Source: Phycisphaerales bacterium (GTDB lineage: Bacteria; Planctomycetota; Phycisphaerae; Phycisphaerales; UBA1924). Taken from it: a stretch of DNA of 44,834 nt. The stretch spans positions 1 through 44,834 of the forward strand of contig DASPKO010000156.1 in NCBI GenBank assembly GCA_035628055.1, read 5' to 3'. Made by a program: the position numbers and the translations under genes. The notes below the pieces were generated by a model. It did no database searches, was not told the origin of the DNA, and worked only from the letters and a program-made list of their open reading frames with translations. Below, piece by piece: positions 24,862 to 35,174 of the stretch; the first letter of the stretch is position 1; the number at the start of each line of letters is the position of its first letter.

Positions 24862-26517
24862 ATGAACCTGACGCGGTTCTTCGACCACTGGGGGATCACC
24901 GAGAACCCCTTCCGCGGCGAGGAGGCCCGCCAGGACCCGGTCTTCATGCGGCTGGGCGTGCGGGGAGCGGAGGGCGCGGCCCTGGCGGCCGGCCCGGGCG
25001 CCCCGGCCCAGGCGGGCGACGGCGCCAGGCCCGGCACACCTCCGGGGCCCGCGCTGCCGCGGGCGGCGCACTCGGACTTCGAGAAGATCGCGGGGGACTT
25101 CGACCGGCCCTCGACCTCCATCGTCTTCGGCGAGAAGGGGAGCGGCAAGACCGCGATCCGCCTGCAACTGGCCGAGCGCGTGGGCGAGTTCAACCGCGCC
25201 CGGCCGCGCGGGCGGTGCCTGCTGGTCAGCTACGACGACCTCAACCCCACCCTCGATCGCTTCGCGGAGCGCCAGGGGGCGACGGACCGGCGCGCCAGCG
25301 TCACCGACCTGCTCAAGCGCCTGCGCCTGGTCGATCACATCGACGCGCTGCTGGCCCTGGTGGTCCCGCCGCTGATCGACGCGCTGCTGGGCGATGGCCC
25401 GGGGCGGGACAGCGCCGTCGACCTCGAGCTGGGCGCCGAGCCGTGGAAGGCGGTGCGGCGCCTCCCCCCCGCGCGGCGGCGCGACGTGCTGCTGCTACAG
25501 GCGGTCTACGACCGCCCCGACCAGGCCGAGCAGCGCACGCGGCGCCTGCGCCGGCGCTTGCGACTCCCCCCGCGGCCGGTGGCCCTGCTCTGGGACGCGC
25601 TGGTGCTCGTCGGCTGGCTTCCCGCGGCGGCGGTCCTGCTGTGGACGAGCACGGGCCTGCCCAGCGGGCTCTTAACGCCCTACGGCTCGCTGGCCCTGGC
25701 GCTGGCGGCGGCCTGGCTGCTGGTGCTCGCCAAGCGGCTGGGCTGGGACCGCCTGGCGTGGCTGCGCGCCGGGCACCGCCTGCGCCGCCAGGTTCGCGTG
25801 ATCGGGCGGGGCGACCGATCCTGGGGCGCCTCGGTCCGCCAGCTCCACGCCGCGGGCGTCGACCTCTCCGCCCTGCCGGTCACCGACTCGGACGACCAGC
25901 GCTACGCGATGCTGGAGCGCGTGCGCGCGGTGCTGGCGGGCTTCGGGTACGCGAGCCTGATCGTCGTGATCGACCGCGTCGACGAGCCGACCCTGATCAG
26001 CGGCGACCCGGAGCGCATGCGCGCCATGGTCTGGCCGCTGCTCAACAACAAGTTCCTCCAGCAGCCAGGGGTCGGGATCAAGATGCTCCTGCCGATCGAG
26101 CTGCGCCACGCGCTCTTCCGCGAGTCGGCGGCTTTCTTCCAGGAGGCGCGGCTGGACAAGCAGAACCTGATCGAGCGCCTGAGCTGGACGGGCTCGATGC
26201 TCTACGACCTTTGCAACGCCCGCCTGGCGGCCTGCTCGGACCCCGCGCGGGCTCCGGCGGGAATCAGCGGGCGGCCGGTGACGCTGCTGGACCTCTTCGC
26301 CGAGGACGTCACCCGCCAGGACCTGGTCGAGGCCCTGGACCAGATGCACCAGCCGCGCGACGCCTTCAAGCTCCTCTACCAGTGCCTGCTCGAGCACTGC
26401 TCGAACGTCACCGAGGACCAGGCGCAGTGGCGCATCCCGCGCCTGATCCTCGAGACGGTAAAGAAGGGCCAGGCCGAGCGGGTGCGACAGCTCTACCGCG
26501 GCGTGCGCCCGGCCTAA
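24862..26517 (+). CDS. P-loop NTPase with a two-helix membrane insertion between Walker A and Walker B (KAP-like topology)
   Basis: N-terminal FFDHWGITENPF (ExeA/AAA_22-like start). Walker A GEKGSGKT at 25129-25152. Hydrophobic helices LLWDALVLVGWLPAAAVLLW and YGSLALALAAAWLLVLA at about 25579-25731. Walker B-like LIVVIDRVDE at about 25957-25986. Lies 42 nt downstream of the phosphatase gene. Confidence 0.75.
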   Translation: MNLTRFFDHWGITENPFRGEEARQDPVFMRLGVRGAEGAALAAGPGAPAQAGDGARPGTPPGPALPRAAHSDFEKIAGDFDRPSTSIVFGEKGSGKTAIRLQLAERVGEFNRARPRGRCLLVSYDDLNPTLDRFAERQGATDRRASVTDLLKRLRLVDHIDALLALVVPPLIDALLGDGPGRDSAVDLELGAEPWKAVRRLPPARRRDVLLLQAVYDRPDQAEQRTRRLRRRLRLPPRPVALLWDALVLVGWLPAAAVLLWTSTGLPSGLLTPYGSLALALAAAWLLVLAKRLGWDRLAWLRAGHRLRRQVRVIGRGDRSWGASVRQLHAAGVDLSALPVTDSDDQRYAMLERVRAVLAGFGYASLIVVIDRVDEPTLISGDPERMRAMVWPLLNNKFLQQPGVGIKMLLPIELRHALFRESAAFFQEARLDKQNLIERLSWTGSMLYDLCNARLAACSDPARAPAGISGRPVTLLDLFAEDVTRQDLVEALDQMHQPRDAFKLLYQCLLEHCSNVTEDQAQWRIPRLILETVKKGQAERVRQLYRGVRPA

Positions 26518-26586
26518 GGCGGGGACGCCGGCCGATCGGTGCGGCACGCGGCGACGGCCAGGGGGCGTGGTCGCTCGGGCACGCGC

Positions 26587-26826
26587 TCACTTGTCCTTGA
26601 TCGGGTTCTGCGCCGGCGGGTTCGGAGAGGCCGTCCCGCTGGTGCTCCCGGCCCCGCCCATGTCCGAGCTGCTCGAGCCGGCGGTGTCGGCCCCCGACTT
26701 GGTCGAGCGCGAGCGGCTGGAGGAGTCCCCCGCCGAGGCGTTGGAGGGGAACTGGCGCTGGTGGCTGGTGCGATTGCCCCGGTCGCCGGCGTTCATGTTG
26801 GTGCGGCGGGTGTTGTCGGTTTCCAT
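26587..26826 (-). CDS. Small hydrophilic low-complexity protein (79 aa), function unknown
   Basis: ATG 26826. Translation METDNTRRTNMNAGDRGNRTSHQRQFPSNASAGDSSSRSRSTKSGADTAGSSSSDMGGAGSTSGTASPNPPAQNPIKDK. Very strong G/C at codon position 3 supports coding despite the low complexity. There is no hydrophobic segment. Confidence 0.55.
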   Translation of the reverse strand: METDNTRRTNMNAGDRGNRTSHQRQFPSNASAGDSSSRSRSTKSGADTAGSSSSDMGGAGSTSGTASPNPPAQNPIKDK

Positions 26827-26898
26827 GCCTGCTTCTACGCGGGCCGTCCCGGGCGAGTCTGTAGGGCGTGGTGCGACACCCGGAGCGGGCACACCGCA

Positions 26899-27422
26899 CT
26901 ACAGGCCGTAGTACGTGACGATCGCACTGGCAGGGCATGTTCCGAGCATGAGCAGGGAGCATCGCCGCGGGGAGCCAGTACGGCCAGGGATGCGTGCTCA
27001 GGGGAGGGCCGATGCGCCTGGGCAGCACGAGCCCGACGAAGCGGACGGACAGGACGAGCCAGAGCGGGAAGGCCCCCGATGAGGATGAGGCCGGCGGCGT
27101 TGACCTCATCGCCCAGCGCCCGGATCCCGTGCATGACGGCGCCGAACCAGGCAATCGGGACCGGCACAGCCAGGTGCGGCCATGCCGATCCGACCGCCTC
27201 CTGCAGGGGCGAGCATCCCACGCGCCACTGCGAGCGCACGATCTCGTGCCCACATTCGGAGCACATCACCGCGGTGGTTCGCGGGTCGTTGGGGAACGCC
27301 GCCGGGTACCCGCATTCGCGACAGAGACCGGTGCGCGCCTGCTTCTGGGAACCGAAATAGACCGACGCGGGATCGGTGCCCGTGTCACGCGCGCAGCGTA
27401 GGCGGATTCTGAACACCGGCAC
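26899..27422 (-). pseudogene. Zinc-ribbon membrane protein interrupted by two apparent +1 frameshifts (pseudogene or homopolymer sequencing errors)
   Basis: Frame A encodes CRECGYPAAFPNDPRTTAVMCSECGHEI (CxxC-x16-CxxC) and a TM helix WPHLAVPVPIAWFGAVMHGI. After the C5/G5 run at 27073-27077, high GC3 and hydrophobic sequence continue in the next frame (AFPLWLVLSVRFVGLVL...WPYWLPAAM). After the GGG at 26956-26958 they continue in the third frame (LLMLGTCPASAIVTYYGL, stop 26899-26901). The start (GTG 27422 or 27416) is uncertain. Confidence 0.4.
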
Positions 27423-27493
27423 GACAGTCGCGCCGCCGCGCGGGAAACGGTCCGTGCGCGGGCGCGCGGGGCCGCGCGCGGTCGAGTCCGACC

Positions 27494-27985
27494 CTACCGG
27501 CGCCGGCGGGCCGCGGCGGCGCCGCCGAGCAGGAGCAGGGCGGCCGCTCCGGGCGCGGGAACGAGCGCGAGCTGGCCGCGGATGGCGCCGCTGGGGAAGG
27601 GCGAGTTGTGGAGGTTGACGTAGAAGCCGGCCGGGTTGGCCAGCACGTTGTTGAGGTCGGGGTCCTGGAGCCCGAACCCGGTGAACTGGGAGTTGAAATC
27701 GACCACGATCCCGCCGGCCACGCCGGCCGGGGCCTGGTGGATGTGTGCCCCGGTCAGGGGCAGAGCGATGTTCTGGGCCGTGAAGATCCAGTTGACGCTG
27801 GGGTTGGGCGTCGCGGCGGTGTCGATGAAGAGGTCGGCCACGCCGGTGCCGTCGGGGTCGCCAGGACCGGGCACTTCGTTGGGGCCGTTCATGATGGCCC
27901 GCAGATGGACGATGTCGGCGCTGGCGAGGGCGGCCAGGCCGAAGGAAGCGGCGAGAGCGGTGGCGCAGACGGCAACCCGGTTCAT
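27494..27985 (-). CDS. CHRD domain protein with C-terminal PEP-CTERM sorting signal
   Basis: AGGAG 7 nt upstream of ATG 27985. Signal peptide MNRVAVCATALAASFGLAALASA. CHRD-like blocks are LRAIMNGPNEVPGPGDPDGTG, TGAHIHQAPAGVAGGIVV and FYVNLHNSPFPSGAIRGQL. The C-terminus VPAPGAAALLLLGGAAAARRRR has the pattern VPxP + TM + Arg cluster. Confidence 0.7.
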   Translation of the reverse strand: MNRVAVCATALAASFGLAALASADIVHLRAIMNGPNEVPGPGDPDGTGVADLFIDTAATPNPSVNWIFTAQNIALPLTGAHIHQAPAGVAGGIVVDFNSQFTGFGLQDPDLNNVLANPAGFYVNLHNSPFPSGAIRGQLALVPAPGAAALLLLGGAAAARRRR

Positions 27986-28180
27986 GCGGAACTCCTGTCT
28001 GAATGCGATGGCGTCCGAACGACCGGCGCGGGACACCGCGACAGAGATCGGGCGCGGAGCGGGGAGAAAGACCCGCGCGGGCGAATCTACCGGGCTCGCC
28101 CGGCACGCGGAATAGGAAAGCGGCCCCAAGCCGGAGGCCCGGCGGGTGCCGCGCGCCTCGGCGGTACGGTGCGGCACGGC

Positions 28181-28900
28181 TCAGCGGGGTCGTGGGGCCG
28201 GCGTGGGCGCCGGCGTCGGCGAGGGTGCTGGCGTCGGCGTCGGCGCGGGCGCGGGCTCGGGGGCCTGCGGGTCACGACTGGGTCCGTCGCCGGCCGGCTC
28301 TGGGAGCGCCAGCGTCGTGTCCTGGCGGCCCGGCACGGGCACGGCGGCGGGGGTGAACGTTCCATTGATGCTCAGGCCCGCCGGGAGCGGGGCGTAGAGC
28401 TCGATCGAGATCTGCGAAATCGGCATCGGCACGCCCGGGATGCGCGGCGTCTCGGAAGGGGTCAGGGTCGCGATGACCAGGACCGGTCCCTGCTCGGGGA
28501 CGCCGGCCAGCGGCTCGCGGCCCGGGGCGCCGTCACCCGCACCCGCCATGCCGCGCATCATCCGCTTGTGCGTGGGGCTGTCGTACCAGGCACGCACGGC
28601 CGCCTTGTCCTGGAACCAGGCGAAGATGACGGCCTTGCCGGTCTGGGTCTGGGCGAGCTCGGTGCCAAGGCAGCCCGGGCTGGCTTTCAGACCCGCCACG
28701 AGACGGTCGCCCATCATCGAGATCCCGCCGGCCGGGGGGCGCGCCGGGGGGCGCTCCCGGGGGCCGGGGGGCGCGGGGGAGGCCGGCGGTGCCGCGGACG
28801 CGGGCGGCCGGGGCGCGCCCACGGCGAGGGCCGCTCCCGCCAGGGGCAGCGCCAGGGTGAGCAGGGCGAGGGCACGGGACCGGGGAACGCCATGGATCAT
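28181..28900 (-). CDS. Secreted protein with ABM-like (dimeric alpha/beta barrel) domain and Pro/Thr/Ala-rich tail
   Basis: ATG 28900, signal peptide MIHGVPRSRALALLTLALPLAGAALA. The segment ASPGCLGTELAQTQTGKAVIFAWFQDKAAVRAWYDSPTHKRMM resembles antibiotic-biosynthesis-monooxygenase-type domains. Tail APEPAPAPTPTPAPSPTPAPTPAPRPR. This is only the last 239 codons of the 1459-aa track ORF. Confidence 0.55.
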   Translation of the reverse strand: MIHGVPRSRALALLTLALPLAGAALAVGAPRPPASAAPPASPAPPGPRERPPARPPAGGISMMGDRLVAGLKASPGCLGTELAQTQTGKAVIFAWFQDKAAVRAWYDSPTHKRMMRGMAGAGDGAPGREPLAGVPEQGPVLVIATLTPSETPRIPGVPMPISQISIELYAPLPAGLSINGTFTPAAVPVPGRQDTTLALPEPAGDGPSRDPQAPEPAPAPTPTPAPSPTPAPTPAPRPR

Positions 28901-29050
28901 GGGGTCGGGCTCCAGGTGGGTGCGCGGCGGATTGTTGGCCCCGCCTCCCGGCCGAGCGCGATGCCGCGCGCGCCGGCGCGGTCGTGCGCGGGCCCGGCCG
29001 GGGGGGCGCCAGACGGAGCGGAGCGCCGGAGTCGAGTACACTCCGCGCGC

Positions 29051-29566
29051 ATGAAGATCCTGGCCGACGCCGGCGAGATCGAGAGACTGATCGCCGACCT
29101 GGCGGGGCGCATACGTGCCGAGACGCCCGACATGGACCGGCTGGGGCTGGTGGGCATCCGCCGGCGGGGTGACGTGCTCGCGGCACGCCTGGCTCGGCAC
29201 CTGGGCGTGCGCGACGTGGGCTCGATCGACATCACGCTCTACCGGGACGATCTCTCCGAGACGGGTCCGGCGGCGCGGGTGGGGCGGACCAGCATCGACT
29301 TCTCCATCGAGGGGCGCGACGTCGTTCTCGTCGACGACGTGATCATGACCGGGCGGTCGTCCCTGGCGGGCATCCGCGAGATCGTCGACTTCGGCCGGCC
29401 GGCCCGTCTGCGGCTGGCGGTGCTGGTCGAGCGTCCCGAGCGCGAGCTCCCGATCCAGCCCGAGTTCGTGGCGATCCGCGCCCGCCCGGAGCCCTTCGAG
29501 AAGGTGGACGTCCGGCTGCTCCCGCAGGACGACGTGGACCGCGTCTCGATCAACCCGCGGCTCTAG
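29051..29566 (+). CDS. pyrR: Bifunctional pyrimidine operon regulator / uracil phosphoribosyltransferase
   Basis: 171 aa from ATG 29051. LVGIRRRGDVLA, ITLYRDD and the PRPP-binding loop VVLVDDVIMTGRS, typical of PyrR. Internal to the 652-aa track ORF. Confidence 0.9.
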   Translation: MKILADAGEIERLIADLAGRIRAETPDMDRLGLVGIRRRGDVLAARLARHLGVRDVGSIDITLYRDDLSETGPAARVGRTSIDFSIEGRDVVLVDDVIMTGRSSLAGIREIVDFGRPARLRLAVLVERPERELPIQPEFVAIRARPEPFEKVDVRLLPQDDVDRVSINPRL

Positions 29567-32590
<3,024 letters not shown>

Positions 32591-32717
32591 CGGGCGGGTT
32601 ATCGGGCGGGCACTCCCCGGGCCGGGGATGGCCCCGCACTCGGGCCGGGAGGGCGCGGGCCCGCTTCATCCCGGGTGAGCGCGGACCGATGAGCAGGGCA
32701 TTCCAAGGAGAAATGCC

Positions 32718-33590
32718 GTGCCGCCACGGGTGCGCCTGACGGATAACGAGCGGGGCAATACGCTCGGGCTCTCGCGCCGCGATCTGGACGAGCTCATCGC
32801 CGAGATTGAGATCGCGCAGCGGGACGATCCGGGCGTGCACCGGCGCTTCCGCCGACGGCAGTATCGCCAGTTGGCCCTGGCCCTCCAGGTGCATCAGCCC
32901 GGGGGCAGCACGTCGACGTTCCCCGTGGTCTCCCGGAATATCTCGCGGACGGGCATGGCGGTGCTGCACCGGGCCTACATCCACCTGGGCGTGCGGGTGC
33001 AGGTCGCTCTCCCACGGCGCGCCGCGGCCACGCTCAGCGTGAGCGCCCACGTGGTCCGCTGCCGGCACGTCTCGGGGATGGTGCACGAGATCGGGCTGCA
33101 GTTCGATCATCCCATCCAGCTTCGCGACCTGGTCGACCTCGAGCTCAACGACGATTGGCTCTCGCTCGAGACCGTGGAGCCGGCCACCCTGGTGGGCTCG
33201 GTCCTGCTGGCCGACCCGTCCGCCGAGGACCGGGGCCTGCTGCGGGGGCACCTGCGCGGGGCGCGGCTCTCGATCACCGAGGCGGAGACGCCCGAGGCCG
33301 CCCTGGCCGCCGCGGCCCGGCCCAATGACCTGATCATCACGGAATACTTCTTCGGCGGGCGGCCCGCGGAGGACCTGCTGCTCTCCCTCCGCCAGCTCGC
33401 GCCGCGGACCCCCCTGCTGGTGCTGACCGCGGACGTCTCGGAGGTGACACGCCGCCGGCTGGGCACGCTCGGGGCGGCCTCGCTGCTCAAGCCCGTGGAT
33501 GAACTCACCGCCCTGCGGGCCATCGGGGAGTTCCTGGGGGCGGGGGGACCGGCCGGGGCCAAGGCCTCCGGGCTGGCCCGCACCGCGTGA
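32718..33590 (+). CDS. PilZ domain + receiver-like domain protein (phospho-acceptor Asp replaced by Glu)
   Basis: AAGGAG 7 nt upstream of GTG 32718. PilZ motifs RRRQYR ... NISRTG. C-terminal CheY-like fold markers are VLLADPS, DLIITEY (E209, codon 33342-33344, where the conserved Asp is expected), LLVLTAD and LLKP. Confidence 0.75.
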   Translation: MPPRVRLTDNERGNTLGLSRRDLDELIAEIEIAQRDDPGVHRRFRRRQYRQLALALQVHQPGGSTSTFPVVSRNISRTGMAVLHRAYIHLGVRVQVALPRRAAATLSVSAHVVRCRHVSGMVHEIGLQFDHPIQLRDLVDLELNDDWLSLETVEPATLVGSVLLADPSAEDRGLLRGHLRGARLSITEAETPEAALAAAARPNDLIITEYFFGGRPAEDLLLSLRQLAPRTPLLVLTADVSEVTRRRLGTLGAASLLKPVDELTALRAIGEFLGAGGPAGAKASGLARTA

Positions 33591-33691
33591 GCGACTCAAG
33601 CCGGGGCCGGATCGCCCCGAAATAACTCCGCCACGGTGGCGGCCACGACCGGCTTGCCCACGGAACCAGACTCGAACAGCGGAGCAAGCGC

Positions 33692-35089
33692 GTGTCCACT
33701 AGCGATCCGGTGACGTCCCAGCAGCTCCACCTCTCGGGGGGGTTCGGGCGTGCCGCCAACTCCGCCCGCTCCGGGTACCTGCCGATCCCGCTCACGCGCG
33801 TGCCGATCGCCGCCCTGAAGAACCTCCCGCTGTACGTGCGCGTCCGGCACACGCCGGACGACAAGGCCGCGTTCCGTCTGTATCGGGCCCCGGAGATCAC
33901 CTTCACCGACTCGGACCGGCAGCGGCTCATCGCCGGGGGGACGCAGTTCCTGTACATCCAGATGGCGGACCAGAGCCGCTTCCGCCAGCAGACCGTCGAG
34001 TGCCTGACCGACCTGGCCTCGGACCCGTCCACGGCGGTCGCGGCCCGCTCGGCGATCATCTACAAGACCAGCATCGAGCTGGTGAACGAGCTGCTGGCCG
34101 AGCCCGACCTGGCCGCCAAGGCCCCGCGGCTCGAGGTCGTCTCCAAGTCCATCACGGCGCTGGTCATCAACGATCAGAACGCCTTCTCCCACCTCTTCGC
34201 CGCCTCGCACCACGACTTCTACACCGCGACCCACATGGTGAACGTGGCCACGTGGATGACCACCCTGGCCTACGCCATGGGCCGGCGCAGCACCGACGAG
34301 CTGAACCTGATCTGCCAGGCGGGGCTCCTGCACGACATCGGCAAGCTCTACATCCCCGAGGACCTGCTCAACAAGAAGGGCAAGCTCGAGGACCGCGAGT
34401 GGGCCGTGATCCGCGAGCACCCCGTGCGCGGCTGCGAGCACCTCGCCAAGTTCGAGGGCATCGACCCGCTCACGTTCACCGTGACGCGCCAGCACCACGA
34501 GCGCATGGATGGCACCGGGTATCCCGACGGGCTCAAGGGCGATCAGATCCACCCGGTCAGCCGCATCTGCGCCGTGGTCGATTCCTTCGACGCCATGACC
34601 GCGTTCCGCCCCTTCAAGACGCGGACGTTCACCGTGGAACAGGCGATGGAGGTGCTCGAGTCCGAGACCCCCGCGAAGTACGACCCCGAGGTCTTCGCCG
34701 CCTGGAAGGCCCTGCTCGAGTCCGCCCCCCCCGAGGCCGACGTCTCCCCCAGCGCCGAGGCCCCGGCGGCCGGAGGCGGGGCCGAACGCCGGCAGTTCCA
34801 GCGCTACCCGCTTCACACGCCGGCCCGGGTCCACCCCCTGGCGGCGGGGTCGGGGCGCTGGAACGAGATGCCGGCCATCCAGGCGGTGACCCACAGCATC
34901 TCCCGGGCGGGACTGGGGTTCCTCAGCCCGTCGCCGATCCAGATCGGCGAGTTCGTGAGGCTGTACCTCTCCACGCCCGCCGACAAGAACTTCATGGGCC
35001 AGATCGTGCGCAGCCGCTCCTACCGGGACGGCTGGTTCGAGGTCGGGCTCTGCTTCTCCCAGCTCCCCGCGATGGGCCAGGCGGCCTGA
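33692..35089 (+). CDS. HD-GYP domain c-di-GMP phosphodiesterase with C-terminal PilZ-like domain
   Basis: GGAG 7 nt upstream of GTG 33692. THMVNVA, AGLLHDIGK, REHP, HHERMDGTGYPDGL (HD-GYP signature) and VVDSFDAMT. C-terminal RRQFQR ... HSISRAG (PilZ-like, with His in place of D/N). Confidence 0.85.
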   Translation: MSTSDPVTSQQLHLSGGFGRAANSARSGYLPIPLTRVPIAALKNLPLYVRVRHTPDDKAAFRLYRAPEITFTDSDRQRLIAGGTQFLYIQMADQSRFRQQTVECLTDLASDPSTAVAARSAIIYKTSIELVNELLAEPDLAAKAPRLEVVSKSITALVINDQNAFSHLFAASHHDFYTATHMVNVATWMTTLAYAMGRRSTDELNLICQAGLLHDIGKLYIPEDLLNKKGKLEDREWAVIREHPVRGCEHLAKFEGIDPLTFTVTRQHHERMDGTGYPDGLKGDQIHPVSRICAVVDSFDAMTAFRPFKTRTFTVEQAMEVLESETPAKYDPEVFAAWKALLESAPPEADVSPSAEAPAAGGGAERRQFQRYPLHTPARVHPLAAGSGRWNEMPAIQAVTHSISRAGLGFLSPSPIQIGEFVRLYLSTPADKNFMGQIVRSRSYRDGWFEVGLCFSQLPAMGQAA

Positions 35090-35174
35090 CGCCGGCGCCC
35101 GCGCGGGCGCGGCAGAAGCCCGGCCCCGGATCGGCCGATGTCTGCACTACGGGCCGTCAGGAGGCCCCGCGACC

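Noticed and set aside
16156-25338. Other long antisense or out-of-frame track ORFs (for example 16156..17922, 16551..17876, 19821..21947, 23500..25338)
   Set aside because: Each lies opposite a gene with clear family motifs and good GC3 periodicity. None has a signal peptide, an RBS or a recognisable motif.
28184-28270. Repetitive PAPTPTPAPSPTPAPTPAP-encoding DNA, and similar Pro-rich stretches at 18800-19250, as possible repeat arrays
   Set aside because: These are in-frame low-complexity coding linkers of secreted proteins. They have no spacer/repeat periodicity and are neither CRISPR nor tandem non-coding repeats.
28985-29020. Possible PyrR-binding attenuator hairpin upstream of pyrR (GGCGCCAGACGGAGCGGAGCGCC)
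   Set aside because: It only loosely resembles the UCCAGAGAGG binding loop of Bacillus-type PyrR attenuators. There is no alternative terminator/antiterminator pair and no downstream pyr biosynthetic genes, so this is too weak to call.
33591-33691. The split of copy A of the PilZ/HD-GYP module as a sequencing frameshift
   Set aside because: The spacer has stops in both relevant frames (TGA 33588-33590, TAA 33623-33625). The downstream ORF has its own GGAG 7 nt upstream of GTG 33692. More than one change would be needed to fuse the two ORFs, so I treat them as two genes.
35095-35110. 16-bp palindrome GCGCCCGCGCGGGCGC just after the HD-GYP-PilZ stop
   Set aside because: It is pure G/C and no U-tract follows. 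Palindromes of this composition are fairly common at this GC content, so it is not callable as a terminator.
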